A stretch of DNA of 64,000 bases. It comes from Gracilinanus agilis. Its lineage: Eukaryota. The stretch spans positions 277,537,511 to 277,601,510 of the forward strand of contig NC_058135.1 of assembly GCF_016433145.1 (NCBI RefSeq), written 5' to 3'. Position numbers and translations under genes: made by a program. A model generated the notes under the pieces. It was not told the origin of the DNA. It made no database searches and saw only the letters and a program-made list of their open reading frames with translations. Below are positions 12,277-25,674 of the stretch, in pieces. Each line of letters begins with the position of its first letter. The stretch's first letter is position 1.

Positions 12277-14454
12277 TATTCTTTGTTTTTAATAAGAACT
12301 AGTGACTAAATTTAGAATAAAAGAGCCGAGGTTCAAATTCCCACCTGCAGCACAACACATTACCCTCCTTGGGCTTTAATTTCTTTAATTTCTCTATATA
12401 ATGAGAGTGTTGAACTAGCTTCTCTCAAAGGCCCCTTTCAAGAGCCCTCTGACTTAGAACCAAATTATACCCCAAGGAAATGTGTTTGTGTGTCTTCTTT
12501 GCCTTATTACCTTAACAAATAGAAAAAGAGAATTCCCAGACACTGAATTTGGTCTTCCTTTCCCACCTACCCCCTGCCCCTGCCAGGAGGAAGAAAACAA
12601 TTTCATCATCTTTTTTCTGGGCCTTCTTTGGGATTCTGCTCTATAATATTGCCCCTCACCCCTAGCCAACTGGCAGAAGCTCAAAGTTCAAAAGGATTGA
12701 GGATAAACTCAGTAAGATCCCAGCTCTTGCTATTCTTTACTATAAGCATCCTACCTAGGCATGTCCATCTGCATCCCAGAAGAAGAAGACCTCTATAGTC
12801 TCACCTGAAGTGGAAAATTATTCCAAGCAAGAATTGAAGATTAGGTGCAGGTAGGCAAAGGGATATGAGATCACTTGCTCATTCTCTGTGGGATTCTTTT
12901 TTATTGACCTTCCTCTGTTTTCCTTTTCTTCTCTTCACGTTTTTGAGGGAAGATTTGTGCCATTATGCAATCTGCAAAGCCAGCCTCCCTCATGTTTTTG
13001 CCAAGAATTATTTTAATTCATTAGCCACCTAATGGGAATTTTATAATAGGGAATATAATATAGGTATCATTATCTCTATTTTAGAGATAAGGAAACTGAG
13101 TCTCAGAAGTTGACAGTCATGAGACCTGGGTACAAGTACAATGACAGATTCTAGGTTAATAGAAAAAACACTTGCCTAATATATTTAGTTACCAGCAACA
13201 GTAGAATGCAAAACTGGAAGGTGTAATACTACAAAGAATACTGGTTCTGGAGTCAGGGAACTTGGGTACAAATTCTACCTCCAATCCTTAGCACCTATGT
13301 ATTAGGGAAAGTCCCTTAGCTTCAAGTTTTTTTTTTTTTTTCTGTAAAATGAGGAAATGGGATTGGGTGGCCTCTAAGCTCCTTTTCAACTTTAAATCTG
13401 TGATATTATTACATTGAATGTATTTTGTTCGATTTTTCTTAACAGCAGTGATCTCCTCTCCCACCTCACTTTCAGTAGTTTGATAGTCCTTCCATATCTC
13501 TCATTTAAGGTCATTGTGGGAGGTGGTTGAACAATTCCACTCTCCATCATCATTGCCCCATTTTCTAACACATAATTTAAAGATTTATGGGAGCAATGCT
13601 GAACTTGGGCATGACTGGAAAGTAGGAGAAGCTTACTCTCAGGATCCTTCTTTAATGTCATAGAATATAGAATATCTTCTCTGAAAAGGTCCTTAGGTCA
13701 AAGAACATAGACTATTAAAGCTATAGGGAACATCTGAGACATCTATTCTCAATCCTTTTTAAAGAGACAGAAAGTTAAGTTTGGTGACTTATCCCAAGTC
13801 ACAAAGCTAGTGGAGAGACAGGGTGGAAAACTTTCATTGTTCTTTTGTCATCCCTTTTTGCTATCACCACTTGTTTGTACCATGCCATTACCATCAAGGG
13901 AGACCACTGGATTCCCCTTATCTCCAGCACAACATGCTTTCCAGGGCCACACCCCAAACTCCATGCCTTTCCTTCCCACTGAAATGTCCACAATCTTCAT
14001 CTCATTCTCTTAAAACCCACCTAGGGGACTGAGGTCAATCTGCTTACTTCCCAGAAATTTACTCACCAGATTCTAAGTATGTTCATATACTTTCTCCTAA
14101 ATGATCTCATATTATGCTGCCTCCTAGATTTTAGAACTGTTCTGTTGGTTGAAGACCCATTGAAAAGAGGTAATTTAATTTGTTTGTTTTTTTCTGGGCC
14201 CTTGGTCACTATTTCAAAGAAGATTGGACTAGAATTCAAGAACCCTGGTTTAATAGCTTTTCCATTAACTGGATGAGTGATATTAGTCAAGCAACTTCCT
14301 CTCATGATTATCTTTTCTTCCTCCAGAAAATGGATGTTAGATTAATTAATCAGGAAGGTTTTTAAATTTTAAATTTTATTTAAAATTTATGTAGAAATTC
14401 CTAAAAGTTGATATTTGTGCGTGCTTTGTTCTATTTCTAAACAGATCTATTTTT

Positions 14455-14648
14455 TTTTCTTTTTTAACACTTATCTTCTCTAGAGTTGATTATAAGTATC
14501 AGTTCCAAGGCAGAAATTCAATAAAGGTTAGGCAATTGGGGCTAAGTGACTTGCCAAGGTCATAAAGCTAGGAAGTATCTGAGGAAAATTTTTTAACTCA
14601 GGACCACTGAGACCAAGCTGTCTACCTATTGACCCACCGAGCTGTCCC
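14455..14648 (-). mobile_element. SINE1_Mdo-like SINE
   Basis: TTCCAAGGCAGAA…GGCAATTGGGGCTAAGTGACTTGCC…GCTGTCCC. Confidence 0.78.
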
Positions 14649-17419
14649 TAATTTATTAAATTTGTTTTCTTCCTTATGCTGAACCATAGCTTTTCTTCTT
14701 TGTGGCTTTGTTTCTCAATAGGACTTAGAGGTCAGAGGCATTCAAGAACTCTTCCAGTCCAAACTAGTGCCACCTCTTTCAAGAAACATCCTAATTCCTC
14801 TAATTGTACCACCCACTCTTTCATATATTTTGCATGCATTGTGTTTATTTATCAGTAAAAATATTTAAATGCCCCTCTTGATGGAATGTAAGCTCTTTAA
14901 GGAAAGGGACTTGGATTCATATCCCCTTTGTCTAGTGCAATAATTAGCAAATAATAAATATTTGAGAAAAGCTTGTTGATTCATTGATTGACTTGGAAAC
15001 TGAGGCCCAGGGAAAGGAAACTGCTTATCCAAGATAACCTTTTTAGTAAGGAGCAGAACCAGAATTGAATCTACATTCTCTTGTTTAATTTCTCCACACC
15101 ACCACCTTCTATCTTGTTCCCAATTCTTCCTTTTAGAGCCACAGAGAATGCCTCATTTGGAGCCTCTGATATATGATTCTAATGCTTCTTTTTATTTTAC
15201 AGTCTTTCAAATATTTGAAGACAGTGATCAGGTCCCAGCTAAATTTTCTCTTCTCTCAAGCAAATGCAAATGTTATTTAGATCCTCAAGAGACCTTGGAT
15301 GTCGTCCAATCCAGTCCCCTCATCACAAAGATACTTAAATTCTTTAGGAAATGATGAGGGAACTAAGGTCAAAGAGAAAGTAGCACTTCTCTGTGGGATG
15401 ATGGGATTTGGATATAATTTTTCTGATTCTAGATCCACCATTAATTCCTTCATGTAATTCTTAGAGAGCAAGGAAACAGAGGCAAAGGTTTACTGATTTG
15501 CCTAAGTTCACAAAACTAGTGACTCATGCCAGATTTGATGTCAGAACTTTCTGACACTAGGTCCCTTGCTCTAACCAACTGCTTCACCTAGCTACCCATG
15601 AAGTTGGTATCTTGAATCTTAAAATCATTAATGTACTTATTATTCTCCCCTACCAAAGCTTTTATTCTTTCCTTTTTATGCACCTCATCTTTGAGTTAAA
15701 CATAGCTGTCGACCAGATTCAATTAAATTCACCCAGAAATTATTGAGGACTTATCCATGGAAGTAATCTACTATTACTAAAAAATTGAGCAATGGGGCAA
15801 AATGCTTTGCCATAGTTGGAAGACGTTTGGATATGGAGTCAAGAGCCTTGGAATTAAATCCTGGCTCTGACACAATGAATGTGTGACCCTGAACAAGTTA
15901 TTTCCTCTGACACTGTTTCCACATCTGTAAAGTGGGAAGAATAATACATCTTGGGCTACCTCTCTCACATGTTGTTGGGAGAATCAAATAAGATCATGAA
16001 TGTAGAAGGTCTTCTCAATTATATTGTCCATTATTACCATTGTTACCCATTGTAGACCACTAGAATGACACTAGACTCAATGTCAGGAGAGATCTGGGTT
16101 TAAATCTTGCCTCTGCCATGTATGAGCTCCATAAATATGGGCAAGTCACTTAACTTCTCTCAGTCTCTGTTTATCTATCTTCAAAATGGAGAAAATAATA
16201 CTTTTAACACATACTATAGAGTTGTAATGAGAATGAAAATAAAACAATTACTGTAAGTGCATTTTAAATTTTAACTATAGAAATATCAAATCATTTATTG
16301 AGGGCCTATAATATATTAAACTCTACGCTAAGAGCTCAGAATACAAAATTGTTTGCAGAGTATAAAAATGTTTCCACAATCAATTTTAAGAAAGATCTAT
16401 GAAGTAAACCCTACAGTATTACAAGGACATGTTGTCTAATTCTAAGGATATATTTTTTTTAATGAGTCAATCCTTGCTACCTATTACCTTACATTCTAAT
16501 AAGAATAGGTAGGAATCCATCAATTAATTAATTAGTATTTTGTTGTCCACTGTGCAGATGCAAGACACTGTCTTAGGTCCCAAAAATACAAAACTATAAA
16601 TTTTAATCATCCCTGCCCTCGAGGAACTTACATTCTATTGGGAGAAATATCCATTACACATAAAATATTTGCAAAGTGAGAAGGAGCTAATTGTTGGGAA
16701 GGGGGTGGTCCATAGCATCTGAGAAGTTGAAGATGTATAGAATAGGCATCTGAGGGGGCACCTGGTATAAGGATGGAATTTTTGCAAGGTGGATGGGACA
16801 GAAGGAGCCAAAGAAGGAGTGGCTCTCCTATTGTTATACTGGGTGGCTCAGAGGATTGAGAGCCAAGCCTAGAGATGGGAAGTCCTAGCTGGCCTCCAAT
16901 GTCATTTAAATTCTAATTTATTCTTGTTGATTATTTCCTCATATATATATATATATATTATGACACCCACACACACACATATATATATATATGCACAAGT
17001 GTACATACACACACATATATATGTTTATCTACCTTTTTAAAGGTAAGGATATTATGTTGCCTTTCTCTTTATTCCCAGAAAATAGCATAATCCCTGGGAC
17101 ATAATAGATGCTTAATAAATAGATACTGTCTGATTTTATATACATACACATACTATGCACATACATGCACATGTGTGTGCATATAAACATATGTATAAAG
17201 TCTATGCTACTTAGTAAAAAAAAGAAAATGCTCTGGGTGAAATCATTCCAAGCTACTTATGTTTTCAGTACTTTAGGTACAAGGCGACTCTCAAAGATTA
17301 TAAGTTAAAAGGATGGTAGTCACATTGACAGAATGTTTTCATCAAGAATTTTCCCTATACCAATTAAACTATAGATCTAAATTCACGCCCTTCTCTCTCA
17401 TCCTCTCTCTCTTTCTCCC

Positions 17420-17452
<33 letters not shown>

Positions 17453-18486
17453 TTATCTACATCCCATATAGAATATGATAGTAACACAAGTGCTCTAATT
17501 GTAACCCATAGAGAATTTGTCAGCTGATTTTTAAAAGTTTTATTGATATTTCTCACTTCCCCTCTATATACTTCCTAAAAAGAGATGTAAACATAAAATC
17601 CCAAAAGAGACATAAATTTTGCAAACAATCAAGTTATGAATTAAGGGCTTTGTTTTTCTTCTTTAAAAATATTTAAGGAGAGGATAGTGTGAGGGAAAGA
17701 TTGATAAAATGAATTGAAAAATTGATAATAAATTAAAGGTTTAGGAAATGTAAAAACAAAAAGTAACAAAACATTTTTAAAATTCTTCAATTTAAAATAA
17801 TTACCCAGACTAAATGTGTATCATATCTTCATTCCTATGTAAAGTTTACATTAAGAAGTGAGAAAATATCCAGAAAGAACACAATTAAAATCTCACCTAA
17901 TTATGACAATAAGGGGTGTTCAGAATATCCTGTGGTGCCTTTCCATTGACATTATATCTTGCTCTCCAGAAATTCTGATATATATTATGGTTAAGATTCC
18001 CTTTTATGTGCATGTACAATGGAATTCTCTATATTAATATATTTTCCATTATTTTTTTCCATTTCAGAGCAAGGTGCTAGTAACTAGAAATAACATTCAC
18101 CTAATGGTGAAGACAGATGCCCAATCAAGACAAAGTACCCAGTATCATGTAATCAGACTTTGCATCATTGTCTTCAGAACATCAATTTAAATATATGAGA
18201 TACATCTTCCATCACTTATAATGCTTACTTTGTTCATCTTTTCTTAGCAATAGAGAAGATCTATCTGATCTCTATCCACTGTATCACCTCACATTATTCT
18301 CACAGAGGATTCAAATTGGCAAATTATTTTGAAATCAGTCTTGTCCAACTATCTATCCAATGAAGGAACTCCCCCTATAGGATTCCTGATAAGGTTAGCA
18401 TCTCACTTCTGCTTAAGCACTTCCAGTGATTTGAAGCCTATAATATTTATCCTTAACCCCAAACTGGGTGTCTACCAACTCAACAG

Positions 18487-19419
18487 ATGGATAAAGGAAA
18501 TCGTTCAGTTGTGACAGAATTTATTTTTATGGGCATAACTCAGGACCCACAGCTGCAGATTATCTTCTTTGTGGTGTTTCTTACTGTCTACCTGATCAAT
18601 GTAGTTGGCAATGTTGGCATGATTATCTTGATCGTGATGGATGCACAACTTCACACGCCCATGTATTTTTTCCTTTGCAATCTGTCCCTCGTGGATCTTG
18701 GCTACTCATCTGCCATTGCTCCCCGAATGTTGGCAGATTTTCTGACCCAGCGCAAGGTCATCTCCTTCTCCAGCTGTGCTACACAATTTGCCTTCTTTGT
18801 TGGATTTGTGGATGCTGAATGTTATGTTTTGGCTGCCATGGCATATGATCGTTTTGTGGCTATCTGCCGCCCACTTCACTATAGCACTATGATGTCTAAC
18901 CGGATCTGCCTTGTGCTTACGGTGGGATCCTACTTTGCTGGACTGGTAAGTTTGGTAGCCCATACTTCACTCACATTCAGTCTAGATTACTGTGGTTCTA
19001 ACATCATCAACCATTTCTTCTGTGAAATCCCACCACTCCTAGCTCTCTCTTGCTCAGACACTTACATCAGTGAAATCTTACTCTTCAGCTTGTGTGGCTT
19101 CATTGAATTCAGTACCATCCTCATCATATTTGTTTCCTATGCTTTCATCCTGATTGCCATCCTGAGAATCAGCTCCAATGAAGGTCGGCTCAAAGCTTTT
19201 TCCACCTGTGGATCCCACCTCACTGGTGTCACCCTGTTCTATGGAACAGTCATGTTCATGTATCTTAGGCCAACATCCACCTACTCCCTGGACCAAGACA
19301 AATGGGCATCTGTGTTCTATACTGTAATCATTCCCATGTTAAACCCTATTATTTACAGTTTGAGAAATAAGGATGTGAAAGCTGCTTTCAAAAAAGTGAT
19401 CATCAGGAAATCTCAATAA
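18487..19419 (+). CDS. OR5AR1: Olfactory receptor OR5AR1-like, intact 310 aa
   Basis: All OR motifs present. The sequence [22 protein letters not shown]...[13 protein letters not shown]...[24 protein letters not shown]...[10 protein letters not shown] closely matches recalled mammalian OR5AR1. Confidence 0.95.
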   Translation: MDKGNRSVVTEFIFMGITQDPQLQIIFFVVFLTVYLINVVGNVGMIILIVMDAQLHTPMYFFLCNLSLVDLGYSSAIAPRMLADFLTQRKVISFSSCATQFAFFVGFVDAECYVLAAMAYDRFVAICRPLHYSTMMSNRICLVLTVGSYFAGLVSLVAHTSLTFSLDYCGSNIINHFFCEIPPLLALSCSDTYISEILLFSLCGFIEFSTILIIFVSYAFILIAILRISSNEGRLKAFSTCGSHLTGVTLFYGTVMFMYLRPTSTYSLDQDKWASVFYTVIIPMLNPIIYSLRNKDVKAAFKKVIIRKSQ

Positions 19420-19423
19420 TAAG

Positions 19424-19429
19424 AATAAA
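19424..19429 (+). terminator. Possible polyadenylation signal immediately after the OR5AR1 stop
   Basis: AATAAA starts 5 nt after the TAA stop. The context is A-rich, so this may be chance. Confidence 0.25.
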
Positions 19430-21289
19430 AAATAGAGACAAAATGTTGCTTGAGACTTTGAATATAGGAGCAGGAAGAGACCAAGTAGATTTTTCAGTAA
19501 TGCTATACAAGGACTGAGCTTCATACCTTTGGGTAGGAATTAGTATAATTGCTAAATGAGTCTTGAAATCTGGAAGCTGTGTGACAACATGATAGATGGA
19601 GTGAAGTGTTTCTGCTGGCAGAAATTTTGTTTTTGTTATATTAGAAAATTAAGATAAACTGAAAGGTTCAACATATAATCAACTCAATAGTTAGGCTAGC
19701 AATAGACAATAAATTGAGTCAATGGACTCTCTCAAAGACCAAAGACCCTGGGTTAGGGTCAATAGATTCTTTTATAACAATTAACAAGATGACAGAGTAA
19801 AAGCTTAAGCAATCATGGTGTTTTTTTGATTGGCTACTGTTGACATAAAATTGAGATTATATCATTTGAATGTCCCCCAAAAGGGGATTATGAACATTTT
19901 TGATATAACTTAAATATCCAAATGAAAGCAAATGATGATTTATAGAGACATCTAAAATACAAAATTAGAACATGAATACCTGAGAAAGTTATGGTGCTAT
20001 GAGATTAGATAATGCCCATAGAGGTGACATGACTTGTCTAAGGTCACAAGGTTTATAATTGTAATAGCCAGCCCTTAAACACAGGTATCCTCACTCAAAA
20101 ACCAGTACTTTGTTCTACTCAAGAATAGAAAAAAATGGAATGGAATGAACACTTTTAAGCATAAGTGTTGTGGTGCCATGGATCAAGTGTATAATTTCTA
20201 GTAAGAGAACCTTACTTAGAATCCTTTATATGACACATATGCTGCCTCTATGTCTCTAGGCAAATCAAGCCAATTTTCTAAGTATCCTATCTCAAATATG
20301 ATTGGACTTGGGAGTAGGATGGGAGGGATAGACGAGGTAATTTTCTAAATTCCCCTTCAACTCTAAATCTATTAAAGCAGTGTGGTACAAAGGGAAAAAA
20401 TAATACCTATGTTAAAATTCTGAAAGTAATCTTAGAGCTTAAGTTCAACTTAATAATTTTAAATATAAGAAAACTTAGGCCCTCAGATATTAAATGACTT
20501 TCCTATGGTTGGAGATACAAGTGTCAGGATTTAAATATAAGTTTGTTTTGTTTTGTTTTTCACTTTAATACTTTGTCCATTAAGTCACCACACTATGTTC
20601 TCATGGGTGGAAAGAAAATAATAAAAGTAATTAGGAATTGCCATCCAAGATGAGCAAGGAGAAAAGCAGAAATCATCTCTGAATATTATTTGCTCAAGAA
20701 CCAGGTCTAAATGCCAGGGTCCTAAGAGGACTGAGGGAGTGGATAGCTAGAAGGTGATGAAGTAGAAAGATCTTGAAAAAAGGGAAAGATTCTATGGAAT
20801 TAAAGGACAAATATCATTAGGGGAGAATAGAGTCTTCCATCTGCAAGTGAACTTTTTTTCAAGTTCTAGAAAAAATATAGAGTATATTATTATAAAGGTT
20901 ATTAGTGAATATCTAGAAATGGAACTGGTATTCTCAAAATCAATTTCTTCAATACCTTTTCATGACTAATCATCATAAGGACAAACCACATTTCCAGAGA
21001 AACCAATGAAGATATGTAGTATTCACCTCTAGAACAAAAAGGGGTAAGTTTGGTAAAATTCTTGGACATGGGCAATGCAGTAATCTTTTTTAAGGGGCAA
21101 GGTTTGACTTTTATTTCAAGGGTATTCTTTTTTCAATGGAGAGTGGGGAAATGGGAGAGATAATTGTTATTTAATTAGGAAATTAAAAAAGAATTAGAAA
21201 TAAAGTTCAACCAAACCACCTAACATTTCCAAAAAGTCTGTTAGTATATGAAATCGTCCATTACCAACTCAATGAAAAAAAGAAAGAAT

Positions 21290-21844
21290 GTATCGTTTCT
21301 TTGAGAGTAAACTTAGTTATTATTATTTTATAGCTTTTGATTTCATTTATTTTGTTGATATTGTTTCTATTTACATTATTTTCTTCAATCTACTCAATTT
21401 ACTTTGTATTGTGCACTTTGAAATGCTTTGAACATGGGAAGGCTACATCTCCTAAGACTTGCTTCCTTAACTTCCTCAGACACATCCCACTTCCCTTGTG
21501 GGAAGTGTCTGAGAAAGTCTAAAAAGAAAGGGAGAGTATGCATTTTGTCACCCTTTTCCTGGAATGGAGGAGAGTGCCTTTTTTCCCCAGAGAGCTTTTT
21601 TTTTCTCTGGAGAGAGCCTTTTGCCCCAGAAATCTAACTCCAAGCTTTCCCAAGCCTTTCTTTCCCTAACCTAAATAAACCCAGCTTTAATATCCCTAAA
21701 ATGTGGCCTGATTTTTGTTCTTCTCTGAAGGGCTCTGGTTAATTTCTCCACTGGGGCTGGGGGCTACCCCAGCTTCCTTCCTTCCCTTCCTTTTCTCTTC
21801 TTTTTCTCCCATCATCCTCATCCTTCCTTCTTTTCAAAAATACA
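21290..21844 (+). mobile_element. 5' LTR of an ERV-like element (left boundary uncertain)
   Basis: Direct repeat of 25180-25590 over about 410 bp at about 87% (hand estimate). It ends in ...CAAAAATACA and contains AATAAA. A PBS-like TGG motif follows. Confidence 0.85.
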
Positions 21845-21847
21845 TTT

Positions 21848-21866
21848 TGGAGAGCACATGGGACTC
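21848..21866 (+). promoter_or_regulatory. Degenerate primer-binding site, possibly tRNA-Arg type
   Basis: TGGAGAGCACATGGGACTC lies 3 nt after the LTR end and resembles the recalled tRNA-Arg-type PBS TGGCGACCCAGATGGGACTC. Confidence 0.45.
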
Positions 21867-22614
21867 TGAATCTGCCTGCCTACCTACCTGCCAGCCTGCT
21901 TGCTGTCTTACTGCCTACCCAGTAAGTTTAAAACTTCCTGCCCCAAACCCAGCCCAGCAGGAATCCTTTTCCCCTACTAGGCAGTTTCAACCCCTATCAG
22001 GTTCCTCTGCCTCAGCAGGGGCCCCAGGTCTTCTTTGCCCCTACACCCAGCCTAGAAGCCTTGCCTTAATCCTCTTCAGCCAGCCCAGAAGCCTTGCCTT
22101 AATCCTCTTTACCCCTTCCAGGCTAAAACCCAGCAGACAGTCTGACTAAAAAACCCAGCAGGAGTCTAGGAAAAATCTCAGGCCCTCTCTCACCCACCCC
22201 AATCTGCTTCTAAAACTCCCTGACTGCCCCCTAATTTACCTGCCTAGCTCCACTCTCTCCCTCTGGAGCAAATTTGCCTTTAAACAGGCAATTCTCCCAC
22301 CCCAAAATCAAACCCAAGTTACTTTGGTTCCCAGCACCCCACATTGTAGTGCTTTAACCCCAACCCCTTATGCACAATTCCCCTTCCAACTCCCATTCCC
22401 CACTAGCAATTTTCTACTCCCTCTATAGTACTGCCCCTTGGCCACTAGAGGCCAGCACTGAGCACTCAGTATTTTTTTTCCCTTTTCTGCTGAGCTGAAG
22501 TGCTACCTTTCTGCCACCGGAGGGCAGCACCAATAATAAATATATAGTAAAAAAAATAGCAACTAAAAAAGAAAGAAATGAAAGAAGAAAATAAAAAATG
22601 AAATAGATAAATAA

Positions 22615-24082
22615 ATGAAATTAAAAATAAATAAAATAAAAGCCTTGCAATGTGTCACATCTATACAGGAAAGTCTTTTGGCTTTTGCCAAATTGGAAAC
22701 CTTTAAGGTTTCTGAATACCTCCTTTTCCTAATGCTGCGAGGAAATCTTCTTTTCCTAATCTTCAATATGAAGACGCAAAAGGCTGCAAAATGGAAAATG
22801 CACACAAAAATCCAAGCAGCAGTACAAATTCAATTGGAAAATTTCAAACACTCTTTGTACGATTCAGTGGAAAAGGAGGATCCCATTCAAATGTCTACTT
22901 CAAGTTTTTGTGAGCCTGTTCCCGAACTATTCATAGAGGAAAATCCCATCTCTCCTGAAAGAGAGATGGAGATAGATGTGAAGAAACTCCTCTCTTGTGT
23001 TGTGCATCTCCTGGCCAACCCTCCCTCCCCTGATCCTTCTTCTGACACCCCATTCTCTCCTGATGCCCTGTTCTCTCCTGTCCCTTCTCCCAGCACACAA
23101 TGAATCCCAGTCCAGAGGAAACTTCATACTACTCTCATAACAGTTCCTACCCATACTGCCTCAGTAAGCATGCAAACAACTCCAAAGAAACCAAGAGCAC
23201 AAACTGATTCCTATGATGGCCTTTTCCCCTTAAGGGAAGTGCCCACAATAGGATGAACTGGGATGTATTAAACTTAAGATATCATATTACTTTCACACCC
23301 CAGGATATTAAAATATTTAAAAGAGATATACCTACTTCTGAGGACGAATCCATTGCTATAATGAAAAAAATGACTGACATTCTTCCAATATGATCCTTCT
23401 TATAAGGACATTGAAAAATTACTTCAGGCATTTCTGAAGGAATGTGAGAGGAATAAAATCATCTCTCATGTGAATAAAGCCCAAGGGTGTAATGCAGCAC
23501 ACTGGCCACTTCAAGATTCTCATTAGGATAATGATCCTGATGAATATTTGCATTTAGCAATGCTAGAAATGCCATTCTCAAAGCAATGTGAGAATGCACT
23601 GAAAGACCAGATGTTTGGACAAAATTTGACCACCTTACACAAAATGATGAAGAGACACCCTCCCAATTTATGGATAGGCTCATTAAGCTTGGAGGTTGGT
23701 ACCCGGATCTAGATTATTCTACTGAAAGAGATATCAGACAAATATGGAGTCAATTTATGGTCCAAGACTATTTTAAAACACATTGCCCTAAATGACCCGA
23801 GATGGATCTTGAAGAATTGAAAAACTGCTATGTATGTCTGAAAAGGACACATAGAGAAAACAGCAGAAACTAATGATTTATTGGAAACAATACAAAAAGA
23901 ACTAAAATCTTTATGTGATAAAATAGATAAACAGGAAAGAGGACATGATACTCCACCAATACCACTTGCCCCTCTCCAAGAATCTAATTATCCATCCTTA
24001 CTTGCCACTTCTATGAGAAGAAGGGCCATGCAATGATGAATTGTAGAAATCTATTCTAGGCAATCAGTAATAATAACTACTG

Positions 24083-24119
<37 letters not shown>

Positions 24120-24200
24120 TTCAGGAGCAACAACTATAGAAACAACAATTTCAGGAACAATAACTATCAGAATAATTAAAAAAGGACTTGAACCTAGTGT
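22615..24200 (+). pseudogene. gag: Degraded gag of a class I (gamma-like) ERV; no pol or env recognisable
   Basis: The ORF at 22615-23103 has a Pro-rich region. Disrupted frames downstream read GLFPLREVP, FTPQDIKIFK and HWPLQD, plus a major-homology-region-like QNDEETPSQFMDRL at 23640-23681. Multiple stops and frameshifts are present. Confidence 0.8.
24084..24120. repeat. (AAT)n repeat at the end of the gag remnant
   Basis: About 12 tandem AAT units. Confidence 0.95.
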
Positions 24201-24915
24201 GAAACTCAAAGTTGCAGCACTTAACATATGTTAACACACAGGACTCCTTGTATCACACTGCTTGTGAAATTTATATCAAATACGTAACAACTGGCTGTTC
24301 TAGCTCCATATTCTATCCCTGAGGGAAAAAATGACAAAAAAAAGAAACAATGTAATATCATACCAATAAATAAAAACCTAGTTCCTTTTCCTAACTTTCT
24401 TACTATGGTGGTTGATGTGGTCCTGGCTGCTGGGTGGGTACATGCATGCTGTTGGACATGAATTACTTTAATTGGGCATTATTCAAAGACCTCTTGTAAT
24501 TTTTTTTTATTTAGAATTTTTCCATATAAAATTTAGGATTGAATACTTAGAATTTTCATCTAATAGTCATTTGGCTTTTTGTATGTATGCTATATTTCTG
24601 CTGATTTTGATTGGCAGTGAGTCATATGCCTCATGACTCAGCCATGTATCCCTGTGTGATTTCAATGGTTATTTCTATACTCCTCACGGGGGAATGTGTT
24701 TTTATTTCATATGAAAAGTCTAGGTTATTTTAGTGAAAGGGATTTGCTGCCTCCCGGAATCCAGATAGAGATGCCTGTGAAGACTGCATGCTGATCCAGG
24801 AACCTGAGAGAAAAACAAGTTGTGCAAAATTTGAACTTTGGGAGGTTTTGTTAAAAAATTCATTTGTCTTGTTAAAATTCATGTCTTGTTAAATTCATTT
24901 GTTTTGTTTAAATAC

Positions 24916-24917
<2 letters not shown>

Positions 24918-24958
<41 letters not shown>
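24918..24958. repeat. (TA)n microsatellite
   Basis: About 20 TA units, directly visible. Confidence 0.97.
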
Positions 24959-24962
<4 letters not shown>

Positions 24963-25055
24963 TGTGAAAGAAAGGGACAACCCCCTGATTTTTTTGTAAA
25001 AAAGGGCCAAGTATTTGATTTTCCTTTTTTTGTAAAATTGTTACCATTTCCCCCT

Positions 25056-25590
25056 TGTATTGATGTAGGTAACCTTATTTTATTATGATTGTAAATTTAT
25101 TTATGTTTGTTATGATCCTTTGGGGAAACTGGTCTCCCAAAGGACCATAGAGGGGAAGTTACATTTAGAAAAGATTTAAACCTGGAGAGACTACATCTCC
25201 CAAGACTCTCTACCTTAACTTCCTCAGATAGCTCCCACTTCCTTTGTGGGAGGTGTCTGAGAATGTCTATAAAGAAAGGGAGAGTGTGAGTTTTGGTGCC
25301 TTTTTCTTGGAATGGAGAAGAGCACCTTTTTTCCCCCAGAGAGCTTTTTTCTCTGGAGAAAGCTTTTTGCCCCAGAGATCTAACTCCAAGCTTTCCCAAA
25401 CCTTTCTTTCCCTAACCTAAATAAACCCAGCTTTAGTATCCCTAAAGTGTAGCCTGATTTTTGTTCTACTCTGAAGGGCTCAGTTTAATTTCCCCACCAG
25501 GGCTGGGAGCTACCTTGGTTTCCTTCCTTTCTTTCCTTTTCCCTTCTTTTTCTCCCATCATCCTCATTCTTCCTTCTTTTCAAAAATACA
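25056..25590 (+). mobile_element. 3' LTR of the ERV-like element (may begin as early as 24695)
   Basis: Repeat of the 5' LTR ending in CAAAAATACA. A PPT-like CACGGGGGAA|TG lies at 24685-24696. Confidence 0.85.
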
Positions 25591-25674
25591 GTATCAATTC
25601 ACATGTCTTTCAAATGAACATACATATTTATTATCTTCAATATGTCTTATGTCATAGAAATATTCCTTTAGAAA

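Noticed and set aside
22048-22112. Two ~27-bp direct repeats (AGAAGCCTTGCCTTAATCCTCTT) with a short spacer
   Set aside because: This is a local tandem duplication in the ERV leader. It has only two units in a eukaryotic context, so it is not CRISPR-like.
21337-22149. ORFs of 61-144 aa, with similar ORFs at 25097-25733
   Set aside because: They fall in the two LTRs and the leader, which explains the apparent protein duplication. They are not genes.
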